Assembly: GCA_964429745.1 (NCBI GenBank)
Contig: CAYSDI010000006.1
Coordinates: 1-58,215 of the forward strand
Reading direction: 5' to 3'
Origin: an uncultured Chitinophagales bacterium
Lineage (GTDB): Bacteria; Bacteroidota; Bacteroidia; Chitinophagales; BACL12
DNA length: 58,215 nt
In this document: positions 24,921 to 34,276 of the stretch, piece after piece
How the letters are laid out: every line of letters begins with the position of its first letter
Numbering within the stretch: the first letter of the stretch is position 1
The notes under the pieces: model-generated
Told to the model about the DNA's origin: nothing
Database searches by the model: none
Seen by the model: only the letters and a program-made list of their open reading frames with translations
Position numbers and translations under genes: made by a program

Positions 24921-27365
24921 TCAGCGCAACTCGCCGACCAACTCCGACGAGCCGGCCGGATTTTTGGCTTGCAACGTCTGAAAATTGGACAACCCGCAGT
25001 CCAGGAACTCAATATAGGTCTGTTTGTCCGGGGTATAGCCCACCGGCTGGTTGAGCACCGTTTTTCCGTCCGGGGTCAAGAGCACATACCAGGGTTGAGA
25101 AACCCCTTTAAAATTGGTCAGTTGAAGATCGCTCCACTTGTTGCCCACCGTTTTGACACTTCGCCCGGAAGCGGCTGACACATAGCGTTCGTCTTCCGCA
25201 AGGGGCTTGGTATCGTCCACGTAAAGCGAAATCAACACGTATTCTTCGCTTAAGCGTTTGTACACTTCCTGGTCCACCCAAACGCCTTCCTCCATTTTGC
25301 GGCAATTGACGCACGCCCAGCCGGTAAAGTCCAGCATAATGGGGCGATTGGTTTGCCGGGCAAAAGCGAGCCCTTCTTCATAGTCTTTAAAGCAGGGAAT
25401 GTCCAGTGGACATTCGGATTCCGTTTGGTAGAACCAACCGTAGCTGTAGAACATTGGGGGCGGGAAACCGGAAATCATTTTGAGGTTGCTGCCGAAAAGT
25501 CCGGGCACCAGGTAAATGGTAAAGGCCGCAAAAAGGGCGGCGAACCCCAGGCGAAGTGGACCTCGGCGTTGGATCGGCGAGTCATGCGGAAAGCGAATCC
25601 ATCCCAGGAGATAGGCCACCGTCGCTACCCCCGTCAGGATCCAGAGTAGCAAAAACAGATCGCGCTTGAGAAAACCCCAGTGTGCCACCAGATCGGCATT
25701 GGAGAGAAATTTGAGGGCCAGCGCAATCTCCACAAAGCCCAGCACCACCTTGACGCTGTTCAACCAGCCGCCCGATTTGGGCAAGGCTTTCAAAGCCCTG
25801 GGAAAAGCGGCAAAGAGCGCAAAGGGCAAGCCCAACGCTACCCCAAAGCCGGCGAAGCCGGCCACAATAGCCGACTGGCTGGCCGTGGAACTCAACGTTT
25901 GCACCAGCAAAACCCCCAGCAGTGGACCGGTGCAGGAGAACGAAACAATAGCCAGGGTTACGGCCATGAAAAAGATGCCCAGCAAACCACCGACCTGCGA
26001 GGCGTTGTCGGTTTTCGATACCCAGGAACTGGGCAGCGTGAGCTCGTAGTACCCAAAAAAACTGAACGCAAAAAAGATGAAAATGGCAAAGAAGCCCAGG
26101 TTCAGCAGCGGATGTGTGGAAATGACGTTGAGCGTGTCAGGCGGGAGCTGGTACACAACAAAAGGTATGGTACAGGCCAGGTACACGCCCAGAATACTCA
26201 ATCCGTAAAAACTTGCGTCAAACACTCCCTTGGCCCGGCTCTGGTTAGACTTTTTGGTGAAAAAAGTCACAGTCATCGGAATCATCGGGAACACACAGGG
26301 TGTGAACAAGGCAATAAGGCCGCCAATCATACCGCGCAGAAACACGCCCCACCAACTGGTGGACTCTTGCGCAGCGACCGCACAAGCGGAGGCATCCATC
26401 CATTCAAAGTCTCCCCAGATGTTCTGGACCGGTCCCCCTTCGCCCTGAAAAACGTTCTCGCCTTTCTCCAGGTCCAGTTCAAAAACGACGGGATCGGGGA
26501 AGGTGCACTGGATCGCGTCGCAGGTCATGTACTCAATTTGGCCCTTAACGGGTCCCGTAGGGTTATCCACGCGGATGCGCTGCTCAAAAACGGCCTCGTT
26601 CTTAAACCACTTGATCACCAGGTTGTCAAACAGCGGCTCGGAGGCCTGCGCGCTCTGCCCGGACTCTGTTGGACTGCCCAGGAAGGTGACGCCGGGGTTG
26701 TCTTCTGCCTTGAATTGAATGGAGGTTGGAATGGGGCGAACCTTGGCCTCGGGAATGTTCTGGCTGTACAGTTTCCAGCCTTCGGCAATGGCCGCTTTAA
26801 AACGGAGCATGTATTCGCCATTGCCCAGCGATTCAGACTCCATGGTCCAGCGCACCAAATCGGTCAGTTTGCCGTTGGCCTGAATAGGCGCACTGGTGCC
26901 GGTCAGGACCAGTGAAAAGGCAAAAGGCTCGGGGAAAATGCACTGTGCGTCATCGCAAGTCATGTACTCGACGTAGCCCTTGAGGCGAGTTCCCGGTTCT
27001 GCCTTGACCGTAGTCCGGAAAATAGCTTTGCTGCTGAAGGCCGAGATCTCCATGTCAAACATGGCATCATAAGTCGTCTTCTTGCGCCCCAGCGACTTCC
27101 ATTCGCCCACAAAGCTGAATTTGGCTGAGTCTTCAAAATGCACGGAAGTAGGAATGGGTCCGCCATCGGGCACATTGTTGTCGTAGAGCTTCCATTTCTC
27201 CTGGATCTCGGCGCTAAAAACAAGCTCGTAAGTGCCATCTTCATTGGGAGTGGCGCTGGCGCTCCACTTCACAGGATCCAGTTTTTCCTGGGCGAAAAGC
27301 CCGGAAGCGCTGAGCAACAGGGCAAACAGAACTCGAATGAACCGCGAAAACAGGGATACCGCCAT
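24921..27365 (-). CDS. dsbD: DsbD-family protein-disulfide reductase (two tandem DsbD-N-like domains, CcdA-type TM core, C-terminal thioredoxin)
   Basis: TM core contains FTPCVFPMIP and SFSCTGPLLG. The C-terminal thioredoxin has WACVNC. Two N-terminal periplasmic modules each end in YMTCDxxQC. I chose the ATG at 27365 (MAVSLFSRFIRVLFALLLSASGLFAQ signal peptide); the ORF is open to 27551. Confidence 0.85.
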   Translation of the reverse strand: MAVSLFSRFIRVLFALLLSASGLFAQEKLDPVKWSASATPNEDGTYELVFSAEIQEKWKLYDNNVPDGGPIPTSVHFEDSAKFSFVGEWKSLGRKKTTYDAMFDMEISAFSSKAIFRTTVKAEPGTRLKGYVEYMTCDDAQCIFPEPFAFSLVLTGTSAPIQANGKLTDLVRWTMESESLGNGEYMLRFKAAIAEGWKLYSQNIPEAKVRPIPTSIQFKAEDNPGVTFLGSPTESGQSAQASEPLFDNLVIKWFKNEAVFEQRIRVDNPTGPVKGQIEYMTCDAIQCTFPDPVVFELDLEKGENVFQGEGGPVQNIWGDFEWMDASACAVAAQESTSWWGVFLRGMIGGLIALFTPCVFPMIPMTVTFFTKKSNQSRAKGVFDASFYGLSILGVYLACTIPFVVYQLPPDTLNVISTHPLLNLGFFAIFIFFAFSFFGYYELTLPSSWVSKTDNASQVGGLLGIFFMAVTLAIVSFSCTGPLLGVLLVQTLSSTASQSAIVAGFAGFGVALGLPFALFAAFPRALKALPKSGGWLNSVKVVLGFVEIALALKFLSNADLVAHWGFLKRDLFLLLWILTGVATVAYLLGWIRFPHDSPIQRRGPLRLGFAALFAAFTIYLVPGLFGSNLKMISGFPPPMFYSYGWFYQTESECPLDIPCFKDYEEGLAFARQTNRPIMLDFTGWACVNCRKMEEGVWVDQEVYKRLSEEYVLISLYVDDTKPLAEDERYVSAASGRSVKTVGNKWSDLQLTNFKGVSQPWYVLLTPDGKTVLNQPVGYTPDKQTYIEFLDCGLSNFQTLQAKNPAGSSELVGELR

Positions 27366-27400
27366 GGCGAGGTGACTTGAACAATAAGAAGGTAGCGCCC

Positions 27401-27431
27401 AAAAAAAATACTGTCCAGCCGGGAAGGCTGG
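27401..27431 (-). terminator. Terminator-like hairpin after purQ (CCAGCC-TTCCC-GGCTGG, then ACAGTA-T8 on the minus strand)
   Basis: 6-bp GC-rich stem with a T8 run 6 nt downstream, lying between the purQ stop (27490) and the dsbD-like start (27365). Confidence 0.4.
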
Positions 27432-27489
27432 AACAAAGCACTTCTCAAATTTACACATTCCGCAGGCTGGACGGAATAGGCGGGCGTTG

Positions 27490-28221
27490 TTACCCGGCCA
27501 GCGCCCCGGCACCTGCCTGGGCAACTTCAAGCGCCCCCAACAGCGACTCAAAAATGAGGCGACCGTCGGTATTGCCCAGCACGGGCTCCGCCGCCCGCTC
27601 CGGGTGGGGCATCATGCCCATCACATTGCCCGCGAGGTTTCTGACCCCGGCAATGCTGTTCAAGGACCCATTCGGATTGGCCTCAGGGACCACCTGGCCC
27701 TGGAGGTTGCAGTAGCGAAAAAGCACCTGTTTGTTGGCCTCCAACTCCTCCAGTACCGCTGGCGGGGCAAAATAACGGCCTTCGCCGTGCGCAATCGGGA
27801 TTTTAAGCACCTGCCCGGCTGGTAGATGCCGGCTCAGCAGGCTGTCGGGGGCGTCGGCGCGGAGGTAAACATTGCGGCAAACGTACTGCTGGTTGGTGTT
27901 GCGCAGCAGCGCGCCGGGCAGCAAATGGGCCTCGCAGAGAATCTGGAAGCCGTTGCAGACCCCGAACACCCTTCCCCCGTTACCGGCAAAGCGAATAATG
28001 GCCTCCATTATGGGCGAAAAACGGGCAATGGCACCCGTTCTAAGGTAGTCGCCGTAAGAAAAACCGCCGGGCAACACGATGCAGTCGCTCTCCTGGAAGC
28101 CGTCCAGCGAGGTCTCTTTGTGCCAGATTTCGCGCACTTCACAGTCCATCACTTGGCTGAGCACGTGAAACATATCGCGTTCGCAATTGGAACCGGGAAA
28201 CAGAACAACGCCGAATTTCAT
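27490..28221 (-). CDS. purQ: Phosphoribosylformylglycinamidine synthase subunit PurQ (glutaminase)
   Basis: Motifs present: [35 protein letters not shown] (catalytic Cys) and HGEGRY...MMPHPER. I chose the ATG at 28221. Confidence 0.9.
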   Translation of the reverse strand: MKFGVVLFPGSNCERDMFHVLSQVMDCEVREIWHKETSLDGFQESDCIVLPGGFSYGDYLRTGAIARFSPIMEAIIRFAGNGGRVFGVCNGFQILCEAHLLPGALLRNTNQQYVCRNVYLRADAPDSLLSRHLPAGQVLKIPIAHGEGRYFAPPAVLEELEANKQVLFRYCNLQGQVVPEANPNGSLNSIAGVRNLAGNVMGMMPHPERAAEPVLGNTDGRLIFESLLGALEVAQAGAGALAG

Positions 28222-28252
28222 ACCTGAGATTGCCTGTTGAAGCAATGTTCGG

Positions 28253-28260
28253 CAAAGATA
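28253..28260 (-). promoter_or_regulatory. Candidate -7 box (TATCTTTG on the minus strand) for purQ
   Basis: Match to TAnnTTTG, 32 nt upstream of the purQ ATG. It suggests purQ is transcribed separately from the two unknown genes upstream. Confidence 0.3.
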
Positions 28261-28313
28261 ACCGTCCAACCCCGCAAGACTGGCAGCAATAGGTGCCTTT
28301 TAGTTCGAAAGGA

Positions 28314-29330
28314 TTAAGGTGCTTCGAGCAACTGCCCGATGACGAGCAGGGCGAGCAGCCCGAAATGGGCCAGTTCCCAGGAGCGCGGCCAACCGCCGGA
28401 GTGGATCCAATAAGCCGTGAAGAAGGCCATGGGGAAAACCGCGGCAGCCGCCACAGAGCCTGCCGCCAGCCAAACCAACACTGCGAAAAGGCCAAAGACG
28501 GCTGTCCAGGTGCTGAGTTTTCGAACCTGGATCAGGCTTTTGCGGTTTCGCTGCCCTGCGGTAACTACGCTGGCCAGGGCAACCCCTACCGCAGGGAGTA
28601 TTTTAAACCAGCCCGATGCCGTCCATGTGGCCGGTTGCGGAAAGGTCGGGGCAAACGTCCAACCGGCAGCACTAAAGTTGGACCAGCCATCGCCAAGGTA
28701 AATGCCCGAAAGCAAAAGGATGAAAACGGCCAAAAAGCCCGCCAGCAGCACCCCGAACTCCCGGAAGTTCACCGGCCGCAAGTTGGAAGCCATAAAAAGC
28801 GCAAAGGGAAGAAAGGCCAAATAAGCGCTGACCGTAATGGCGGCCAGCCCTACCCAAAAACCTGCTTCAAACAGGAGCGCATCGGCGGGCTCGGGTCCAT
28901 AGGCCCGGATGAGCCGATTGAAGGCCAGCAGCAAGAAACCCGCTCCTACGGTAGGCGCATTGAAGCCCGCCCCAAGGGCCGCTGCAAAAAGCAGGAAAAA
29001 CAAGGCCGGCAGGTAGCCTGGGGCGGCGAGTCCTTTGATGGTGCGCAGGCTGCGGTTCACCAACACGGCCTGGCCCAGCACCAACAGCGCACCCGCCAGC
29101 ACCACAATGGGGTGCAACCGCGCGTCTGTTGCAGTGGGCTCCAGGGCCATTCCACCGAAAAGAAAGGCCCAAGTCATGGAAACTCCGGCGTGCCCCGCGG
29201 CAAGGCTTTCTAACAAACCCATGGAAGGCCCCTGCGCGCTTTGCCACAAGGGCACGGCGTAGACCACCAAGGCGTAAAGCAGCAGGAAAGGGAGCGCCAG
29301 CGGCTGGCTTTGGCGAAAGAAGAAGAGCAC
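28314..29330 (-). CDS. Hypothetical polytopic inner-membrane protein (about 9-10 TM segments)
   Basis: 338-aa ORF that is almost entirely hydrophobic helices. I recognise no catalytic motif. Its start is 4 nt after the stop of the upstream unknown gene. Confidence 0.7.
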   Translation of the reverse strand: MLFFFRQSQPLALPFLLLYALVVYAVPLWQSAQGPSMGLLESLAAGHAGVSMTWAFLFGGMALEPTATDARLHPIVVLAGALLVLGQAVLVNRSLRTIKGLAAPGYLPALFFLLFAAALGAGFNAPTVGAGFLLLAFNRLIRAYGPEPADALLFEAGFWVGLAAITVSAYLAFLPFALFMASNLRPVNFREFGVLLAGFLAVFILLLSGIYLGDGWSNFSAAGWTFAPTFPQPATWTASGWFKILPAVGVALASVVTAGQRNRKSLIQVRKLSTWTAVFGLFAVLVWLAAGSVAAAAVFPMAFFTAYWIHSGGWPRSWELAHFGLLALLVIGQLLEAP

Positions 29331-29334
29331 CGGA

Positions 29335-30804
29335 TCAGTAAGTGAGCTTGACGAAGGCCAGACTGTTCTTGTAAATGCTCGGGATCACGATCTCGTTGCC
29401 CGACACCTGGCGCGCTTTGCGAGGTACCAGCATGACTTCGTTGGTGTTTGCGTTGAACATGGACGTTCGGTTTAGCGCTCCTTTGGTGTCCATAACGTAT
29501 TGCAAAACATTGGTGTTGTAGCTGATATCCTCGTTGAAAATAAAGAAAAGATTGTTGTGCGTGTTCAACAGGGCAAAAGAAGAGTTGCGGCCGTGGTCTT
29601 CGCGCGAAACCTGCTTTTTGCGGATGACGTCCTCCCAACTCAGGGTGCCATTGGGTTCCATCATGAGCAGCAGAATGTCTTCGTATTCGTGGTAATTGAT
29701 GTAGCGCGTGGAGGTTCGGTAACCGCCGTAGTAGGGATCGTAATCGGTGAATTCGTAGGCTTCAGAAGTCTCGGTGATGTATTCGGAGATGAGGATGAGC
29801 CCTCCATCGCTGCGAACGATGATCTCTTGAATGTCGTACAGCGGAATTTCCTCCCGGCGCTTGCTGGTGCGACCCGTCAAATTCTTGACTAACTCGGGAC
29901 TGAAGGCGTTGTAGGTTTCAGTTGGGGCTTCGCCGGAGGCTGCGGTGGCCACGTACAAGACGCCTGCGGCATATGCCCTGCCTGCTTCGGAGTAAAACCC
30001 TGCGCCGACCAGGCGGTTGTTGCGCACGTCCCAGGCAAAGGCCAATTCTCCAATCCTGACGTCCAGGTTTGCAGAAACTTCTTGTCGGCGAAAATCGCCG
30101 AAATCTGCCGGACGGAAGTGCAGCGTGGCGTGTGGATAGGTTTCAGCTCGCAAGCGGGTTTTATCGCGCACCTGAACAAAGGCTACATCGCCCCTGTTGG
30201 ACAAAAAAGCGTCCTGAAGCGTCATGTCTTTGTCCTTGCCGTCCACAACCATTTCATCAGCCCACAAAGGCTGCAGGGCTGCATCAAACAAGCGCATTTG
30301 GATGCCGCTGACTTGTCCGAGCCGGAACGACTGTCGAAAAACCATGACTTTGCTCCGGTCTTCGCTGTTGCGAAGCATAAATTCATCCCAATTACCGTCT
30401 TCGCGGGGGTTGACCGAATCCAAGACCACCGGGGTTCCGACATCCACCAGGCGCTCATCCATGAGCTGCGCCTCCAAATAGTGGACCTTATTGCTTTTGT
30501 ATACGTAAAAATGAACCAGGCTGCCATCGGCCATCAGGAGCACATTGACCGACTCGGCCGGCTGGTGTTGCAAATCCAGCGTTTTGCGGCGCACCAGCGC
30601 CATGTTGTCATCGTAGGTTTCAATCAGCTCCCGGTCCTTGCGGTGCTTGTACACCAGCACACCAGTGTTGTTTTTGCCCAGAATCCTGTAGTTCAAAAAG
30701 GCTGAACTGATCTTTTCAGCCTCTGAAACGGACAGCGATTGCGCCTGCGAAAGCACTGCGCTGAGCAACAAAAGCAGCCCTAGATAAAATCGGTAGCGAA
30801 CCAT
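29335..30804 (-). CDS. Hypothetical secreted beta-rich protein
   Basis: 489-aa ORF with the signal peptide MVRYRFYLGLLLLLSAVLSQAQ. The C-terminus ...SLAFVKLTY has alternating hydrophobics and a terminal aromatic, which is OMP beta-signal-like. I recognise no family. Confidence 0.7.
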   Translation of the reverse strand: MVRYRFYLGLLLLLSAVLSQAQSLSVSEAEKISSAFLNYRILGKNNTGVLVYKHRKDRELIETYDDNMALVRRKTLDLQHQPAESVNVLLMADGSLVHFYVYKSNKVHYLEAQLMDERLVDVGTPVVLDSVNPREDGNWDEFMLRNSEDRSKVMVFRQSFRLGQVSGIQMRLFDAALQPLWADEMVVDGKDKDMTLQDAFLSNRGDVAFVQVRDKTRLRAETYPHATLHFRPADFGDFRRQEVSANLDVRIGELAFAWDVRNNRLVGAGFYSEAGRAYAAGVLYVATAASGEAPTETYNAFSPELVKNLTGRTSKRREEIPLYDIQEIIVRSDGGLILISEYITETSEAYEFTDYDPYYGGYRTSTRYINYHEYEDILLLMMEPNGTLSWEDVIRKKQVSREDHGRNSSFALLNTHNNLFFIFNEDISYNTNVLQYVMDTKGALNRTSMFNANTNEVMLVPRKARQVSGNEIVIPSIYKNSLAFVKLTY

Positions 30805-30921
30805 GTCTCGTAAAGATACACTCCGGCATCAATAGCCCGGATTTCGGGCGAAGGGGCACTTTGGGCGTGGCTAGAAAATTAGGCGAGGGCACAGTATCCA
30901 GGATTCTTGGAAGCACCCCCA

Positions 30922-32652
30922 CTACTGCTTGAGCTTGGGATCCAGTGCATCTCGCAGCGCTTCTCCGATCAGGTTGTAAGCCGTCACTGTCAGGAAGATG
31001 GCCAGACCTGGGAAGTACACCAGCCAGGATGCTTCGAATTCCTGCCGGCCCTTGCTCAGCATTTGGCCCCAGGTAACCACGTCGTCCGGGACGCCGATGC
31101 CCAGGAACGACAAACCACTTTCGACCAAAATGGCTGAGGCAATGCCGAAGGCAATGGCTACAAAAACAGGAGCCAATGAGTTGGGAAGGGCGTGGCGGAA
31201 AATGACGCGGAATTCGCTGAATCCCAGGCTGCGCGCGGCGTCAATGAACTCAAGGCTGCGCGTCCGCAGCAATTCTGCGCGGGTAAAACGGGCAATACCC
31301 GTCCAGGAAGTAGCCCCGATGATAATCATCAGCAGGGTCATAGACCGGTCCAAAATTGCCGTGATGGTAATGATGATGAGCAGGCGTGGCAGGGAGTTGA
31401 GGATCTCAATTCCCCGGCTGACAAAAGTGTCTACAGGCACGTGCACCTCGTCGGTGAACCAACCGAGCTTGGCGCGGTTGAGCAGCGCACCTGCCACGAG
31501 GCATACCGCTAAAAACGCGATGCCCACGCCCCAGAGTCCGAGTTTACCCCCGTAAAAGAAGAGCAATCCAAAGCCGATCAGCACCAGCCAATAGCGAATT
31601 CGCGCTGTGCGCAATCCGGTGTCTCCAAAATATCCGGCCAGCGCACCCAGCACAATGCCAATAAAGGTGGCAATGCCCATCGAGACCAGGCCAATGGTGA
31701 GCGAGATGCGCGACCCGTGAATCAGGCCGCTGAGCACATCTGCACCAACCTGATCCGTGCCCAGGTGGTGGCGAAAGCGCTTAGGCGCATCGATGATTTC
31801 GCCTTCTACGGTCTTGAATTTCTGTACACCACCGGGAGAGGCATAGTCGCGGTTGTAGCGGTCTGATTTTCCGGGCGAATAGGGCACGGGAGCCCACACC
31901 ACTTCATCTAAGGCCAGCGCCTTCCAGTTGGTAATGTCAAATTGCAGCCGCTCGGGATTGCCGGCCTCGTTGTACACAGTATCCACTGTAGTGGGGGCAA
32001 ACACAGAGGTCCAGGCGGGGAAATAAGTCTTGCCCCGGTACTGCGCATAAATAGGCTGATCGTTTGCCAGGTAAGGAGCATAAACCGCAATTAGAATGAG
32101 GGCACCCAACACATAGACCGACACCATGGCCGGAACGTTGCGCGTAAACTGTTTGATCGCATAGCGCTGAAACGAGAATTCTTCGGCGTTGTAGGCATCC
32201 CGGTCAAATGGCATAGAAGACTGGCCCCAGTAGAACAACAATACTCCCAAAACGAGCACCATGGCTCCCAAGGCTACATAAAAACCTATGGTTGGAAAAA
32301 GCAATCCCGCACCGGCAGTAATGGCCACCGGTAGCAACGCCAACAGCCACTTTCCTGGCAACTGGTTGTGGTACAACCGATAGGTCTCCAGCGTCAGCAG
32401 CGTGAGTGCACCCAAACTGACCAGCATCATCCAGCGCTCCGGCAGCGGAAAGGCCCAAAGCAACAGCACGAATACAAAGGCACCGCTGCGGGTTAGGGTA
32501 GTCCAAACCCATAGGTTGTAGAAGGGCACAAAGGCCTTCCACGGATCCAGTCCGCACTTCTTAAAGTTGGGGTACAAAGCCAAACCAAAAACTGCCGAAG
32601 CCGCTGCGATTTTGGCCAGTTCAATAAAGAGATGCAGAAGGAAAGGTCCCAT
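30922..32652 (-). CDS. ABC transporter permease (DppC/OppC type) with an extra N-terminal multi-TM extension
   Basis: The C-terminal ~400 aa is a typical binding-protein-dependent permease (RFTRAELLRTRSLEFIDAARSLGFSEFRVIFRHALPN = EAA loop). The first ~165 aa add about 5 TM helices and contain GLDPWKAFVPFYNLWVW. Confidence 0.85.
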   Translation of the reverse strand: MGPFLLHLFIELAKIAAASAVFGLALYPNFKKCGLDPWKAFVPFYNLWVWTTLTRSGAFVFVLLLWAFPLPERWMMLVSLGALTLLTLETYRLYHNQLPGKWLLALLPVAITAGAGLLFPTIGFYVALGAMVLVLGVLLFYWGQSSMPFDRDAYNAEEFSFQRYAIKQFTRNVPAMVSVYVLGALILIAVYAPYLANDQPIYAQYRGKTYFPAWTSVFAPTTVDTVYNEAGNPERLQFDITNWKALALDEVVWAPVPYSPGKSDRYNRDYASPGGVQKFKTVEGEIIDAPKRFRHHLGTDQVGADVLSGLIHGSRISLTIGLVSMGIATFIGIVLGALAGYFGDTGLRTARIRYWLVLIGFGLLFFYGGKLGLWGVGIAFLAVCLVAGALLNRAKLGWFTDEVHVPVDTFVSRGIEILNSLPRLLIIITITAILDRSMTLLMIIIGATSWTGIARFTRAELLRTRSLEFIDAARSLGFSEFRVIFRHALPNSLAPVFVAIAFGIASAILVESGLSFLGIGVPDDVVTWGQMLSKGRQEFEASWLVYFPGLAIFLTVTAYNLIGEALRDALDPKLKQ

Positions 32653-32697
32653 GGGCTGGTCGATCTGTTGTGAACGTGGACGTAAGGGGAATACGGG

Positions 32698-34263
32698 TTA
32701 CTTGTAAGAAATGCGCGGGTCGACGATGCCGTACAACACGTCGGAGACGAGGTATCCGATCATGGTGAAGAAACCCAAAATGGTGAAGATGCTGACGATG
32801 ACCGGGTAGTCCTGGTTGATGACTGCTTCGTAAATCATCACCCCCATGCCCGGGTAGGAGAAAATCATTTCAATGATGATGGACCCGCCAATGGCCACCG
32901 GAAAAATGTCCGCAAACACCGTAATGATCGGGATCAATGAATTTCGAAGGGCGTGTTTGAGCACCACCGATTTTTCGGGCAGGCCTTTGGCCCGTGCTGT
33001 ACGGATATAGTCCTGGCCAAATACTTCAATCATGCCCACCCGCATGATGCGGCTCAAAAAGGCGAAAGATCCGTAGGTGTAAGCGATGAGCGGCAGGATA
33101 AAGAAGGGAGCGCGGTGCTCAATCTTTTGCCAAATGTTCATTTCGTCGGGGTTGTACCGGGCCGGGTCCATGATGCCCGATTCGGGAAACCAAACCAGGT
33201 TGTCCGGGTTGGCAAACATGTACAGGAGCCAGGTGCCAACAAAAAAGACTGGAAGCGAGTAAAGGATAAACAAGATGATAGAAGAAATTCGGTCAAAAGC
33301 GCCGTTGCGCTTGTAAGCCGACAAAATGCCGATCGGCACCGAGATCAGGTAGGCCAGGAAAATACCCAGACCAGCCAGCAGCAAAGACCACATCACCCGC
33401 TGACCAATCTTATCGCGGATAGGCTGCCCATCGTGAAAGGATTTTCCGAAGTCGCCGCGGATCATGCCGTAGCGGGTTCGGTTGCCCGGATTCTTGCGGA
33501 TAAACGGAACATCCCCGAACAGCCACAAGTGATACTGGTTAAAGTAACCGTGCCATTGGAGCGTAGGAATAAACGATTTCCACCGAGTAATTCCCGTGCT
33601 CATGGCCTGGTAAGCTTCGCGCACTTCGGCATACGCTGTAGCGGGTCCCTGCAGGTAGGTAGCGCCAAAATAGAGACTTTGCAGCGAGTCCATTTTGGTT
33701 TCAATGACCGTTGGATCATCGGTGCGCATTAACATACCATAAGAAATTTTACTGCGGTTGATCTTTTCCTGCATCTGGTTCTTCTTGTCCTGAAACAGGG
33801 CAAGTTCGTCTGCCCTAGCCACCGAATCGATGTTGGCCGTATCCATCGGCATTTCAGCCAGCAGCAATTCGTCGGGGTTGATCCCATTGTGCGCCATTTT
33901 GGCTTTCTGCAGGGCCAGGTAATAGCGGCTCACCGATTCCCAATTGCCAGTGCGGTTTACCAATTTGGTCAGCGCTTTGCGCTCGCTCTGCTCGGGAATG
34001 CGGTAGAGGGTATCTGGCTGGGCGAGGGTGCCCAGGGTCATGTAAAACACCGGGCGGTCCAGACCCAATTCCTTTCGCAGTTCCTGGCGCTGTTGGGAGG
34101 CTGCACTGCTTTGTTCGCTCGTGCCCCCCTCCGAATCTGCTGCGCGCAGCAAGCGCTCTACCGGATCGCCGGGCGCATTGATGCTGATGACGAAGGCCAA
34201 AAGCGAAATGATCAGCAGCGTGGGGATAAAGGCCACGATGCGTTTGAGGATGTATTTGAACAT
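32698..34263 (-). CDS. ABC transporter permease (DppB/OppB type) with a large periplasmic insertion
   Basis: The N-terminus MFKYILKRIVAFIPTLLIISLLAFVI..APGDPVERLL and the EAA loop (YIRTARAKGLPEKSVVLKHALRN) are typical. About 230 aa are inserted between TM1 and TM2. Confidence 0.85.
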   Translation of the reverse strand: MFKYILKRIVAFIPTLLIISLLAFVISINAPGDPVERLLRAADSEGGTSEQSSAASQQRQELRKELGLDRPVFYMTLGTLAQPDTLYRIPEQSERKALTKLVNRTGNWESVSRYYLALQKAKMAHNGINPDELLLAEMPMDTANIDSVARADELALFQDKKNQMQEKINRSKISYGMLMRTDDPTVIETKMDSLQSLYFGATYLQGPATAYAEVREAYQAMSTGITRWKSFIPTLQWHGYFNQYHLWLFGDVPFIRKNPGNRTRYGMIRGDFGKSFHDGQPIRDKIGQRVMWSLLLAGLGIFLAYLISVPIGILSAYKRNGAFDRISSIILFILYSLPVFFVGTWLLYMFANPDNLVWFPESGIMDPARYNPDEMNIWQKIEHRAPFFILPLIAYTYGSFAFLSRIMRVGMIEVFGQDYIRTARAKGLPEKSVVLKHALRNSLIPIITVFADIFPVAIGGSIIIEMIFSYPGMGVMIYEAVINQDYPVIVSIFTILGFFTMIGYLVSDVLYGIVDPRISYK

Positions 34264-34276
34264 GGTTAGGCCTGGC

